Assembly (NCBI GenBank): GCA_043815505.1
Contig: JBDRIV010000004.1
Location: 7,135-71,134, forward strand
Origin: a bacterium
Lineage (GTDB): Bacteria > Patescibacteriota > JABMPQ01 > JBDRIV01
Reading direction: 5' to 3'
DNA length: 64,000 bases
Positions 8,853 to 20,088 of this stretch are shown here, in pieces. Within the stretch, counting starts at the first letter, position 1; every line of letters starts with the position of its first letter. A program made the translations under genes and the position numbers. The notes beneath the pieces are model-generated. The model saw only the letters and a list, made by a program, of their open reading frames with translations, did not search any database and was not told the origin of the DNA.

Positions 8853-10826
8853 ATGGAAGTTGAAGAAAATCAAAATTTAATAGAAGAATTTTTTGAGCCA
8901 ACTATTCGCAATACTGGCATTGTTATTGCTATTTATTTGGCTCTCTTGACAACCTTGGCTATGTTTGGTCTATTCTCTAAAACAGTTGTGATAGTACTTT
9001 TATTTCCAGTAATATTTTTATTTTTATTTTGGCTTTATAAATATCTGCGAAAATTAGAAACTCCTTGGCGCATCCAAAAATTTGATTTTATTGCTCTGCT
9101 TTTAATTCTATTTATTGCTATTGCCCTTGGCGCCTTTCATCATCATTTACCAATGGGTCGCGACGATATGGCCTATATGGCTAGTGCTGTCAACATTTCT
9201 GATAATGGCAGTTTAGAATTTGAAGATGTTTACAGCTATCCTTTTTCCCCTTGGCAAGAAATTTCTGACAATACTTTTACTTCCCAGTTTGTTCCTGTTT
9301 ATGCTGTTGGTTTAGCTTCTTTTTATGTTTTATTTGGACTGACGGGAATTTATTGGTTTAATGCAGTATTAATATTTTTAACCTTATTATTTCTATTTCG
9401 TTTAATAGTTTTACTTACAAAAAGTAGACATTCTGGCATTACATTAATATTACTTTTCAGTTCCCTTTTTACAACGATTTGGTTTGTTCGACGAACAAAT
9501 TCAGAAATTCTATTTATGTTTTTGTTTTGGTTGGGAATTTATTTATTTGTACTGGGGTTCAAGAATTCTAAAATTAATCAAACTTTGTTGGGATTTATAC
9601 CCATCACTCTTCTTCCCCTAGTTCGTTTTGAAGGTGTCTTTTTTATAGTTTCTTATTTATTAGTTTTTATATATTTACTACTTTTCTCAAATTTACGCCA
9701 TAGTAAAACTCGAGCTACAAAATATATTTATTTACCGCTGATTCTTAATTTGGGAATTTTTGTTTGGTATGTTGTTTTGTATAGTTCTGGCTATATTTCT
9801 CGTATTCTAAATGAATATTTTGGTACATTGACTTCATATTTGCTAAACAATTGGATCTTTCTAATTATTTTATTGCTTCTGGTTGTGGGTATAATAATCT
9901 ATCGTGTATTTTATTTCACCAAAAAGGAAATCTCTAAAATAAGTTTTTCCCGATTATTTTTTACTTTATTAATATTAATTGGAATTGCTTGGGGAATTTA
10001 TGAATATTTTCTGTTGCAGTATGCTGATACTGTCAGCTGGGGACAAATAAAGAGTTATTATATAGCCTATAGCTTTTTCACTTATGGTTTTGTCTGGTAC
10101 ATAATTATAGCCCTATTTGGTTGGTATAAAAAATATTTTAAGAAATCTGTTTGGTTAATTGTTCTTATTTCTTTGCCCAGTTTTATGTTCCTAATTGAAC
10201 CTGGTATTGCCATTGATCATCCTTGGTATATGAGAAGGTTTATTGCTGTATTAATTCCCCTACTTATAATACTTGCTACTATCACTTTGGCTAAATTAAG
10301 GCTACCTTTAAAACAACTTTTAAGTTTAACTCTTATTTTACTGGCTTTAAATATAACTATTAGTTTACCAATTTTAATTTATCGCGATCATTTAGGAGTT
10401 GATCAGGAATTGTCAGATTTTGCTGAGCATTTTAAAGACAATGATTTACTAATCATGCAACCCGGTTGGGACTGGCAACAATGGGCTTATGGGCTTCATT
10501 ATCTACATGATTTGGATGTTGTGCCTAGAGAAGATAATTTAGCTAAAGATAAATTGAACGAAATAATTAACAGTCACGAACATATTTATTTAATTAGCAC
10601 CAGCGAAGATTATCGTCACCCTCTTTTTCCCGGCCCCTATGCAGAACCTGATTTTAAATGGCTACTTCATTATCCAGAAATGCAAAAAGCTGCTGATATG
10701 AATTTGTATATTGATGACAAAGGAGCCAATATGAAAACATCAGCCATTAAAGCTTATTTAGACGAATTACCACCACGAGTTATTATGGAAAAACAAACTC
10801 TTTGGTATATAACAAAGGTTAAGTAA
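8853..10826 (+). CDS. Polytopic membrane protein, GT-C-fold glycosyltransferase-like (ArnT/PMT/YfhO-like)
   Basis: It has more than 12 predicted TM helices. A conserved-looking RDD acidic motif lies in the first extracytoplasmic loop (HLPMGRDDMAYMAS). The gene is divergent from the GtrB-like gene. The likely start is the ATG at 8853; the ORF track extends it to a TTG at 8826. Confidence 0.45.
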   Translation: MEVEENQNLIEEFFEPTIRNTGIVIAIYLALLTTLAMFGLFSKTVVIVLLFPVIFLFLFWLYKYLRKLETPWRIQKFDFIALLLILFIAIALGAFHHHLPMGRDDMAYMASAVNISDNGSLEFEDVYSYPFSPWQEISDNTFTSQFVPVYAVGLASFYVLFGLTGIYWFNAVLIFLTLLFLFRLIVLLTKSRHSGITLILLFSSLFTTIWFVRRTNSEILFMFLFWLGIYLFVLGFKNSKINQTLLGFIPITLLPLVRFEGVFFIVSYLLVFIYLLLFSNLRHSKTRATKYIYLPLILNLGIFVWYVVLYSSGYISRILNEYFGTLTSYLLNNWIFLIILLLLVVGIIIYRVFYFTKKEISKISFSRLFFTLLILIGIAWGIYEYFLLQYADTVSWGQIKSYYIAYSFFTYGFVWYIIIALFGWYKKYFKKSVWLIVLISLPSFMFLIEPGIAIDHPWYMRRFIAVLIPLLIILATITLAKLRLPLKQLLSLTLILLALNITISLPILIYRDHLGVDQELSDFAEHFKDNDLLIMQPGWDWQQWAYGLHYLHDLDVVPREDNLAKDKLNEIINSHEHIYLISTSEDYRHPLFPGPYAEPDFKWLLHYPEMQKAADMNLYIDDKGANMKTSAIKAYLDELPPRVIMEKQTLWYITKVK

Positions 10827-12346
10827 TGGACAAACTTACCATAAAAATTATCAAGATATTAATTATAGTTTCTCCGCTTATTCTCTTTGGATATCTGCTA
10901 GACAAACGCTTTGTTCCGAGTGGCAAAATAAGTTTTGTTTACGATTTCAAAAATGATTCTGGTTTTATTTCTAAGCTTTATCCTGATGATAGAATAGCTG
11001 AAATTGAAAACACGGACGATTTTTATTCACAAGCACTAAAAAAAGATTTAGCTTATTTTGATACTTTTATATTTCGTCCTTTCAACGAAATTAAAATGAC
11101 AGTTGATTTTAAACCTGGTCAGCAAAATGTCGTTGAACTTGGTCCCGATATTTCTGACAATAAATGGACTTATGATTTTCAACCGTTAACTAATCAAATT
11201 CTAAATAATTTAACTTGGGAACAGGTAGCTGAAAATGGAACAATTTTATGGCAAAAAGAAAAGAATTATGATTCTTTAGAACAATTATTTGGCAATTTAC
11301 CTGGGGAAAATAAGAATGTGGCCTATTATAATTATGATGATTTTATCAGCGACCGTCGTTTAGCCGATTACTCTCCCACTGACGAAACATATGTAATAAA
11401 TGAAGCCTTGCGTGGTAGTCATACAATTTATACTTACATTAAAGATGAAAATTTGGATATTAAAGTGCAAAAATCTGATTTAAACAGGTATAATGGCCAA
11501 GACGAATTAAATATCAGATTATTCTCAGGCGCCAGAGAAATTTTTGCTAAAACAATAGATGATGATGGTATTAATGATAACTCTGATGTCCCAGGAAAAA
11601 TTCAAGCCACGCAAGTTAAAATTTCTAAAGAATCTTTGCCGGAAGGAATTTATCGTATTGAACTTGATACCTCCGATGATGTTTTAATTAGAAGAATTGA
11701 AACTAAACAAAATAAATTAGTATTTGCCAATAAAATATTTTTAGCAGAAAATGTTAATTACTTGCCAACCGAATCTGTTAAAGACGAGCCCACTATTGTA
11801 TATGCTTCTATTTATCCCGAGCTAGGAAAAACCGAGGTGGAAACCCCCCGAGCAGAAAGCCTCCAGACCATTACTTTTGATAATAAATCAATTAAATTAA
11901 CAGAACCTAATACTAAATATGATATTAGTCAACTAGTTGATGCTACGGGTATTACTAAAATTTCTGTCCCGGATCGTGATATAAAGATTGAGAGCAAAGG
12001 TTTCTTTGCTTTTTCCGATCAGCAATATTTTTATCCCCTGCCACCAAATTATTCCAGGCTAAGTGATACAACTAATTTAGATAAAACTGATTACATAATT
12101 GCTAATTATGTAAAACCAACTAAGCTGGCAGATGACAGGTGGCAAAATTCAATTACTTTTAATTATGATGATGTTTATATTGATCAGAATAATACTTTAC
12201 AGTTTGCTCTTTCAGCCCCTAATTTAGAAAACAATAATAACAGTGTTGCCATATCCCAAATTAAATTGGAATTGATAAAAGATCCGCTTCATTGGAACGA
12301 TTTCTTGCCCCGTCTCAAAAACTATATCACTAATTTGTATCAATAA
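10826..12346 (+). CDS. N-terminally membrane-anchored extracytoplasmic protein, unknown function
   Basis: A 506-aa ORF translationally coupled (ATGA/TAATG) to both the upstream GT-C gene and the downstream gene. It has a single N-terminal TM helix and is Asp/Asn-rich. Confidence 0.5.
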   Translation: MDKLTIKIIKILIIVSPLILFGYLLDKRFVPSGKISFVYDFKNDSGFISKLYPDDRIAEIENTDDFYSQALKKDLAYFDTFIFRPFNEIKMTVDFKPGQQNVVELGPDISDNKWTYDFQPLTNQILNNLTWEQVAENGTILWQKEKNYDSLEQLFGNLPGENKNVAYYNYDDFISDRRLADYSPTDETYVINEALRGSHTIYTYIKDENLDIKVQKSDLNRYNGQDELNIRLFSGAREIFAKTIDDDGINDNSDVPGKIQATQVKISKESLPEGIYRIELDTSDDVLIRRIETKQNKLVFANKIFLAENVNYLPTESVKDEPTIVYASIYPELGKTEVETPRAESLQTITFDNKSIKLTEPNTKYDISQLVDATGITKISVPDRDIKIESKGFFAFSDQQYFYPLPPNYSRLSDTTNLDKTDYIIANYVKPTKLADDRWQNSITFNYDDVYIDQNNTLQFALSAPNLENNNNSVAISQIKLELIKDPLHWNDFLPRLKNYITNLYQ

Positions 12347-12717
12347 TGTCTCTGCGCAATTTATTAAATCGCGATAATATAAATGAAATAAACACCACGT
12401 TTTTTTCCACGGTTATAATAACTTATATTATAATTTTATTAATAGATATTGTTACCTCAGGTTTTGTGGCGCGTTTGTTTAACATAAACATCTTTTTGTT
12501 TCTATGCGCAGTTTCTGCTTTTATTATGATGGTATTCCCACCCAAAAAATCTTATTTTGCAGATAAATTTTCAAAAAATTTCCTCCTAATAGTTTCTCTA
12601 TTAGCAGGAGCTCTGGTTTATGCCAAGACCTTTGATACTGGCTGGGAAGGAATTATATTTTCCTTGGCCGTTTTGTTTATTACTTACCAATCACTAAAAC
12701 TTTTTTATCAGCCTTAA
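12346..12717 (+). CDS. Small 4-TM membrane protein (GtrA-like flippase-associated protein?)
   Basis: A 123-aa protein with 3-4 hydrophobic helices. Its size and position next to the GtrB-like/GT-C genes resemble GtrA. No diagnostic motif was seen. Confidence 0.35.
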   Translation: MSLRNLLNRDNINEINTTFFSTVIITYIIILLIDIVTSGFVARLFNINIFLFLCAVSAFIMMVFPPKKSYFADKFSKNFLLIVSLLAGALVYAKTFDTGWEGIIFSLAVLFITYQSLKLFYQP

Positions 12718-13664
12718 GATCTGTTGGTTTTATACCAGTCAACAAATATTTTAATTCCGTCAGTAAATGAGGTTGACGGTTTAAAGCCAAGTAACTGCTC
12801 GGCTTTTTTTGTATCAGCATAAGTAATAGCCACATCTTCTTTTGGTTTGGGTGATTCTTCAATAATTGCCTTTTTACCTATTGCCTCTTCTATATTGGCA
12901 ATAAATGAGTTCAAATCTATTGGCTTTGAATTTCCTAGATTTATAATTTCGTAAGGAAAGGATTTTTTGGCAGCTGCTATTACACCATTTACAATATCAT
13001 CAATATAAGTCCAGTCCCGTTTCATGGAACCATCACCAAATTTTTTAATGGGTTGGTTTTTTATTATTGCTTCTGTGAATAAATATGGCGCCATATCAGG
13101 GCGACCTTTTGGTCCATAAACGGAAAAAAAGCGCAAACAGGTCGTATTTAAGCCAAATAAATAGTGATAGGTATAGCACATCAACTCCCCTGCTTTTTTT
13201 GTGGCAGCATAGGGAGAGGCGGGACTATTAACATCATCACTTTCTGCAAAAGGAACTTTTTTATTATTACCATAAACTGACGATGAGGAAGCAAAAATAA
13301 AATCCTTCGGTCCATATTTTTTGGCAGCTTCTAAGAGATTTAATGTTCCCATAACATTTACTTGGTTGTAAAGTGTGGGATCGGCAATTGAATTTCGCAC
13401 TCCGGCTCGGGCAGCTAGATGAATTATTTTATCAAATTTGTTTTCGCTAAATACTTCTTCTACAAATTCTCTATTAGTAAAATCTCCTTCTAACAAATGA
13501 AACTTTACGAATTTTTCAAGTTCAGCAGTATTTTGTCTTTTGTATTCTGGATTATAATAATCGTTAAAACAATCTAAACCAAAAACTTCTTCTCCGTTTT
13601 CAAGAAGTTTTTTAGCAACTGAAGAACCAATGAAACCGGCGGCGCCGGTGATTAAATATTTCAT
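12714..13664 (-). CDS. NAD-dependent nucleotide-sugar epimerase (UDP-glucuronate 4-epimerase-like)
   Basis: ITGAAGFIGSSVAKKLL followed by YYNPEYKRQN, a pattern seen in Cap1J/LpsL/GlaKP-type epimerases. The SDR motif YAATKKAGE is present. It lies adjacent to ugd. Confidence 0.7.
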   Translation of the reverse strand: MKYLITGAAGFIGSSVAKKLLENGEEVFGLDCFNDYYNPEYKRQNTAELEKFVKFHLLEGDFTNREFVEEVFSENKFDKIIHLAARAGVRNSIADPTLYNQVNVMGTLNLLEAAKKYGPKDFIFASSSSVYGNNKKVPFAESDDVNSPASPYAATKKAGELMCYTYHYLFGLNTTCLRFFSVYGPKGRPDMAPYLFTEAIIKNQPIKKFGDGSMKRDWTYIDDIVNGVIAAAKKSFPYEIINLGNSKPIDLNSFIANIEEAIGKKAIIEESPKPKEDVAITYADTKKAEQLLGFKPSTSFTDGIKIFVDWYKTNRS

Positions 13665-13665
13665 T

Positions 13666-14739
13666 TTAATTTAAATATTGACTCGGTATTAATTTCTTAT
13701 CTATCATCTTTTCCAATTCCTTGTTATAAACTCTCGATTTTTCTTTAATAAGGTTTCTTATTAACTTAGGTAATTTATACTGTAAAAATCGATATTTACT
13801 ACAAATTCTACTATAATACCTAATAATTTTGAGAATATACTTATCAAATTTGGAATATATGGTTTTAGAATGGTTTTTCAATAACTTAATATTATTTATA
13901 AATTTATCAACATCTTTATTATCATATAACGATCTTGACTTTCTAGCCTGCAATAAAAGATTGTTCATTATCTTACTATCATAACCATAATTTGAACGAA
14001 ATGCTATTTTATGCTTTGCCATTATTATCACAATAAACATTGTTATAAGATCGTATGAAATATTTGTTCTAGGAATATTAATATCGGAGCTGTTGTCAAA
14101 TTTGATACCTGCTATTTTTAATATTTCACTTCCGATATTTGTAATATTACTTTTATAATTTTCGTAAAACAAAATACTAAGCTTGTCTTTATAATGAAAT
14201 GAAAATTCTTTTATTAAATCTACATAATTCCAATCGTTAATATCTATTTGCATGCATCTCTTCCATTTCTCATTATAAGCAAATTTAATATTGGAAAATG
14301 GAAGAAAAACATCTTTTGGATTTAGAAAATAATTTTGATAAACATGCTGTTGATACAAACTTCTTAAAATACTTTCTTGATGCCTTAAAACTATGATTAT
14401 TCTCGCATTTGGAAATATTGCTTTAATAAACTTTAGTCTTTTTTTGTAGTCAAACCTTAACATCCTTAGAGATAGTGTTTCTAATGATATTAATATATTC
14501 TTCTGCTTAATCTTTTTTTCTTGATTTTCTATAACATTCTTTAGTAATTCTATGTCATCTTCTTTAAACATATCAAAATCCACAAGTTTTATTGCTTGTT
14601 TGAGTGAATTAAGTATTACCAGAGGGTTATAGATTGTAGAATTATTATTGAGTCTTGAGAAAAAATGTTTTTGAATTGCTGTAGTGCCGGTTTTTGGTAA
14701 TCCAATATGAAGTATATAATTCTTCATGTTTTGATTCAT
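13666..14739 (-). CDS. Sulfotransferase-like P-loop protein
   Basis: N-terminal HIGLPKTGTTAIQ (5'-PSB-like PKxGTT) and a later IIIVLRHQESILRSLY region (3'-PB-like). The rest of the protein is divergent. Confidence 0.45.
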   Translation of the reverse strand: MNQNMKNYILHIGLPKTGTTAIQKHFFSRLNNNSTIYNPLVILNSLKQAIKLVDFDMFKEDDIELLKNVIENQEKKIKQKNILISLETLSLRMLRFDYKKRLKFIKAIFPNARIIIVLRHQESILRSLYQQHVYQNYFLNPKDVFLPFSNIKFAYNEKWKRCMQIDINDWNYVDLIKEFSFHYKDKLSILFYENYKSNITNIGSEILKIAGIKFDNSSDINIPRTNISYDLITMFIVIIMAKHKIAFRSNYGYDSKIMNNLLLQARKSRSLYDNKDVDKFINNIKLLKNHSKTIYSKFDKYILKIIRYYSRICSKYRFLQYKLPKLIRNLIKEKSRVYNKELEKMIDKKLIPSQYLN

Positions 14740-14788
14740 AATATTTCTTGTGTTGCCAATATTTTAGATTCTACTTTAGACGCCCATC

Positions 14789-16078
14789 TTATTTCCCAAT
14801 ACCAAAATATTTATAGCCCATATTTATCATTTTTTCTTTATCTAAAAGATTGCGACCATCAAAAATGTAAGGTTTTTTAAGCATAGATTTTATTTTATTC
14901 CAATCCAGATCTTTAAATTCTGGCCATTCGGTAGCAATAATTACAGCGTCTGCATCTTTAACGGCTTCATAAGCATCGTTGGTATATTCAACCTCATGTC
15001 CGTTTAAGGCGCTGGCCGCCGTTTCTTCGGCAATTGGATCATAAGCAGCCACTTTGGCACCAGCTTCTTTTAAAAGCTTTATAATTTCTAAACTGGCAGA
15101 TTCACGAATATCATCTGTATTGGCTTTAAAAGCTAAACCCAGTGCACCAAATTTTAATCCTTTAATTTCTTTAAACTCATCCTTAATTTTTTCAAATAAT
15201 ACTCTTCTTTGGTTATTATTGACAGTAATTACAGCCTTTAAAAGGTTAAATTCATAACCACGAGTTCCAGCAATTTGGTAAAGAGCATTAACATCTTTTG
15301 GAAAACAAGAGCCACCATAGCCAATTCCCGCGTGCAAAAAATGCCGTCCGATTCTATCATCCCTACCCATCCCGTGAGCGACCATGTCAACATCAGCTCC
15401 AACCTTTTCACAAATGTTAGCAATTTCATTTATGAAAGATATTTTGGTTGCCAAAAAAGCATTGGAGGCATATTTAATCATTTCTGAGCTAGCAATATTT
15501 GTTGTTATGATATCAGCGTCAATGGGATCAAATAGTTTTTTTATTTTGTCTTTGGCTTTTTTACTCTCTGCTCCAATTACAATTCTGTTAGGTTCAAAGA
15601 AATCCTGTACCGCTGAACCTTCACGTAAAAATTCCGGACAAGAAACTACATCAAATTCTCCCTTATAATGTTTTTTAATTATTTTCTTTATTTCCTGACC
15701 TGTTCCTACTGGTACAGTACTTTTAGTAGCAATTATTTTGTAGCCTTTCAGGTTTTTACCAATATCTTCTGCTACTTGATAAACATATTTCAGATTGGCA
15801 GTTCCATCTGGGTTAGACGGCGTTCCTACAGCAATGAATACAATTTCTGATTCAGCCAATTCATCTTTTAAGGATGTTGAAAAAGAGAGGGTTCCTTTTT
15901 TTGCTTCTTCAACTATTAATTCTGTTAATCCTGGTTCATAAATAGGAACTTTTCCCTTTTTTAATTTCTCAATTTTTTCTTTATCAATGTCGACACAAAC
16001 CACTTGATTGCCAAATGATGCTAAACAAGGACCTAATACTAATCCTACATAACCTGTTCCGACAACTGTTACTTTCAT
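14789..16078 (-). CDS. ugd: UDP-glucose 6-dehydrogenase
   Basis: MKVTVVGTGYVGLV Rossmann motif and the catalytic Cys region (GGSCFPKD). Confidence 0.85.
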   Translation of the reverse strand: MKVTVVGTGYVGLVLGPCLASFGNQVVCVDIDKEKIEKLKKGKVPIYEPGLTELIVEEAKKGTLSFSTSLKDELAESEIVFIAVGTPSNPDGTANLKYVYQVAEDIGKNLKGYKIIATKSTVPVGTGQEIKKIIKKHYKGEFDVVSCPEFLREGSAVQDFFEPNRIVIGAESKKAKDKIKKLFDPIDADIITTNIASSEMIKYASNAFLATKISFINEIANICEKVGADVDMVAHGMGRDDRIGRHFLHAGIGYGGSCFPKDVNALYQIAGTRGYEFNLLKAVITVNNNQRRVLFEKIKDEFKEIKGLKFGALGLAFKANTDDIRESASLEIIKLLKEAGAKVAAYDPIAEETAASALNGHEVEYTNDAYEAVKDADAVIIATEWPEFKDLDWNKIKSMLKKPYIFDGRNLLDKEKMINMGYKYFGIGK

Positions 16079-16084
16079 ATTATT

Positions 16085-17245
16085 TTACTTTAAGTATGTT
16101 TTTAGTTTGGCTGCTTTGTTGGTTTTTTCCCAAGTGAAATCTTTATCGTTGCGTCCGAAATGTCCATAAGCAGCAGTTTTTTTGTAGATTGGTCTCTTGA
16201 GTCTTAGAGTTTTGATGATGTCAGCTGGTTTCAGGGAAAATTCACGTTTTACAATTTTTTCGATTTGCTGATCAGGAAGCTGGCCCGTTCCAAAGGTTTG
16301 CACTAAAACTGAAACCGGTTCGGCGCGTCCAATTACATAAGCTATTTGCACCTCACATTTTTCTGCCAATTTGGCTGCCACAATGTTTTTAGCAATGTAG
16401 CGTCCCATATAAGATGCACTTCTATCAACTTTGGATGGATCTTTTCCAGAAAAACATCCCCCACCGTGAGAACCGTGCCCACCATAAGTATCAACAATTA
16501 TTTTTCTGCCGGTAAGGCCCGCATCAGCTGGTGGCCCACCTTTAACAAATTTTCCGGTAGCATTTATGAAATATTTAGTTTTACTGTCCAAATATTTACC
16601 TGCTACAGGTTTAATTACTTTGTTTATAATATCTTTTTCCAGTTTGACTGGTGAAACCTCAGGATTGTGTTGAGCTGCACAAACAACGGTATCAACTCTT
16701 TTGGGCTTACCATCTACGTATTCAACAGCAATTTCTATTTTTCCATCTGGTCTGAGGTAAGGAAGAGTTTTATTTTTTCTAACATCAGCTAGCTTTTTAG
16801 CCATTTTGTGAGAAAGCAAAATTGGCAAAGGCATTAATTCTGGAGTTTCGTTACAAGCATAACCAAACATTAAACCTTGATCTCCTGCTCCTTGTTCTTT
16901 AAATTTTCCCTTTCCTTTATCAACGCCTTGAGCAATATCACCCGACTGTTCATCAACTGCTACAATTACACCACAATCATCACCAGAAAAACCAATACTT
17001 CCATTATTGTAGCCTATTTCCTTTATAGTATCGCGGGCAATCTTGGCTATATCGACATAACCTTTAGTTCTAATTTCTCCTGCTACTACCACTAAACCGG
17101 TAGTAACCAAGCATTCTACACCGGCTCTACTCTCAGGATCCTGAGATAGTAGCGAGTCTAGAATACTATCTGAAATTTGGTCGGCAACTTTGTCGGGATG
17201 CCCTTCAGTCACAGATTCTGAAGTAAATATGTATTTGTTGGCCAT
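16085..17245 (-). CDS. metK: S-adenosylmethionine synthetase
   Basis: [28 protein letters not shown]-like GGGCFSGKD, and DTYGG. Confidence 0.92.
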   Translation of the reverse strand: MANKYIFTSESVTEGHPDKVADQISDSILDSLLSQDPESRAGVECLVTTGLVVVAGEIRTKGYVDIAKIARDTIKEIGYNNGSIGFSGDDCGVIVAVDEQSGDIAQGVDKGKGKFKEQGAGDQGLMFGYACNETPELMPLPILLSHKMAKKLADVRKNKTLPYLRPDGKIEIAVEYVDGKPKRVDTVVCAAQHNPEVSPVKLEKDIINKVIKPVAGKYLDSKTKYFINATGKFVKGGPPADAGLTGRKIIVDTYGGHGSHGGGCFSGKDPSKVDRSASYMGRYIAKNIVAAKLAEKCEVQIAYVIGRAEPVSVLVQTFGTGQLPDQQIEKIVKREFSLKPADIIKTLRLKRPIYKKTAAYGHFGRNDKDFTWEKTNKAAKLKTYLK

Positions 17246-17260
17246 ATTTTTAATTAATAA

Positions 17261-18229
<969 letters not shown>

Positions 18230-18238
18230 TTAGATAAA

Positions 18239-19159
18239 TTATATCTTCCTTCGAAAATATTGTAAAGTTTCTTTTAATGTTTCCATTATATCAATTTGCG
18301 CTTGCCATGATGTTTCCTTATAGATTTTTTTAGGACTACCAACCAGGCACATAATATCACTTGTTCGCATCATGGCTGGATCATTTTCTATACTTATTTT
18401 CACCTTAGATAAACTAAGAAGTCGATTTAGTAAATCTTTAATAGTATAACCTTCTCCTCGGGCAATATTATAGACCTCGCCAGCTTTCCCGTTTAATAAA
18501 ATATCTCGATACGCCCGAACCACATCTCTAACATCTAGCATTTCTTTTTTTGGTTCTAAATTACCAACTTTAATAACTGGTTTTAATATTCCGGCTTCAA
18601 TTTGAGCAATTTGATTTGAAAATGATGGCACCACAAATTCCGTTGTCTGTCCTGGACCAGTATGATTAAATGGTCGAGCAATTTTTATTTTCAAATTACT
18701 TTTAAGGTATTCATTCGCGAGATTTTCCATAGCTAATTTACTTTCAGCATATATTCCCATTGCCTTTGTAGGACTTTTCTCTGTCAGAATAACTTCGGAG
18801 CTTCCGTAAACATAGGCTGAACTGACAAGTAATACATCTGTCTTTTTTTCTGATTGGGAAAGTGCTTGAAGTAAATTTTTAGTTCCACCGACGTTTACAT
18901 CGTATACTAACTTTTTGTTTTCTATTTGAGGATTGGCTACAGCAACTAAATGAATAACCAAATCAGGTTCAATTTCTTTAATTAGTTCAGCAAGCTTTAT
19001 ACTATTAGTTATGTCACACGACTGATGGTGATAACTTTTTTCGTTACTTTTATTTTTATCAATACCATATATTTTGTAATTTTTATCTCTCAGCAAAAAA
19101 GAGGTTAAATACCTCCCAACAAAACCTTGACTACCTGTAATTAAAATTCTTTTATGCAC
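18239..19159 (-). CDS. GDP-4-keto-6-deoxy-D-mannose reductase / GDP-6-deoxyhexose synthase (Rmd/Fcl-like SDR)
   Basis: ILITGSQGFVGRYL Rossmann motif and the YAESK catalytic motif. It lies immediately downstream of the short gmd. Confidence 0.6.
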   Translation of the reverse strand: MHKRILITGSQGFVGRYLTSFLLRDKNYKIYGIDKNKSNEKSYHHQSCDITNSIKLAELIKEIEPDLVIHLVAVANPQIENKKLVYDVNVGGTKNLLQALSQSEKKTDVLLVSSAYVYGSSEVILTEKSPTKAMGIYAESKLAMENLANEYLKSNLKIKIARPFNHTGPGQTTEFVVPSFSNQIAQIEAGILKPVIKVGNLEPKKEMLDVRDVVRAYRDILLNGKAGEVYNIARGEGYTIKDLLNRLLSLSKVKISIENDPAMMRTSDIMCLVGSPKKIYKETSWQAQIDIMETLKETLQYFRRKI

Positions 19160-20087
19160 TTTTTAAATTATTTTTAAACCAATCAACTGTTTGTTTGATG
19201 CCGTCCTTAAATTCCACTTCTGGTTGCCATTTAAAAGTTTCGTACAGTTCCGTATAAGATAAACAAGAAGTTTGTTGTTCGCCCAATTTTGCCTCACCGT
19301 GCTTTTCTTCGGCCATGCTCCCCAAAACTGTTTTGATGGAATTAAATACTTTATTCACGTCAGTCTCTTTTCCTGTACCAACATTGAAAATATGTTTTTC
19401 ACTTCTCTCTTCCAAAGCTAAAACATTGGCTCGCACAACATCAGAAACAAAAACATAATCTCTAGTTTGTTTACCATCACCATTTATGACTGCTTCTTCT
19501 TTTTCTATTAGCTTTTTAGAAAAGATTGCCACCACTCCTGCTTCACCGTGAGGATTCTGCCGTGGTCCGTAAACATTACCGTATCTAAGCGCTACGTAAC
19601 CAAGCTGGTGAACTTTATTATAATAATATAGATATTTTTCATTAGTTAGCTTGGCAATGCCATAAGGCGATTCGGGCTTGGCTTTGGCCGATTCTGGTGT
19701 GGGACGATTGTCGGTATCACCATAAATAGCACCACCGGTAGAAGCAAAAACGACCTTTTTAGTACGATTTTTAATGCAAGCTTGGTAAAGATTTAGACTA
19801 CCCAAGATATTAACTTCAGCATCAAAGGCTGGATCCTCAGTTGATTTTCTAACATCAATTTGAGCAGCAAGATGAACTAAAGCATCTGGTCTAAATTCAA
19901 CAAAAGTCTTTTCAATAAGTGTTTTATCTTTGATGTCACCTTTAATAAATTCCGCTGCCGTATTTACATATTCTTCATTGCCAGTTGAAAGATTATCAAT
20001 TATTAAAACGTCATGCTTGTTTTTTACTAAAGCATCAACTGTGTGTGAACCGATAAAGCCGGCTCCGCCTGTTACGATTACTTTCAT
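19152..20087 (-). CDS. NAD-dependent epimerase/dehydratase (UDP-glucose 4-epimerase family)
   Basis: VIVTGGAGFIGSHTVDAL, and YGIAKL (YxxxK). Confidence 0.75.
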   Translation of the reverse strand: MKVIVTGGAGFIGSHTVDALVKNKHDVLIIDNLSTGNEEYVNTAAEFIKGDIKDKTLIEKTFVEFRPDALVHLAAQIDVRKSTEDPAFDAEVNILGSLNLYQACIKNRTKKVVFASTGGAIYGDTDNRPTPESAKAKPESPYGIAKLTNEKYLYYYNKVHQLGYVALRYGNVYGPRQNPHGEAGVVAIFSKKLIEKEEAVINGDGKQTRDYVFVSDVVRANVLALEERSEKHIFNVGTGKETDVNKVFNSIKTVLGSMAEEKHGEAKLGEQQTSCLSYTELYETFKWQPEVEFKDGIKQTVDWFKNNLKSA

Positions 20088-20088
20088 A

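Noticed and set aside
12680-12862. 60-aa minus-strand ORF overlapping the end of the plus-strand small membrane gene and the start of the epimerase
   Set aside because: It overlaps two better-supported genes and has no distinctive sequence features.
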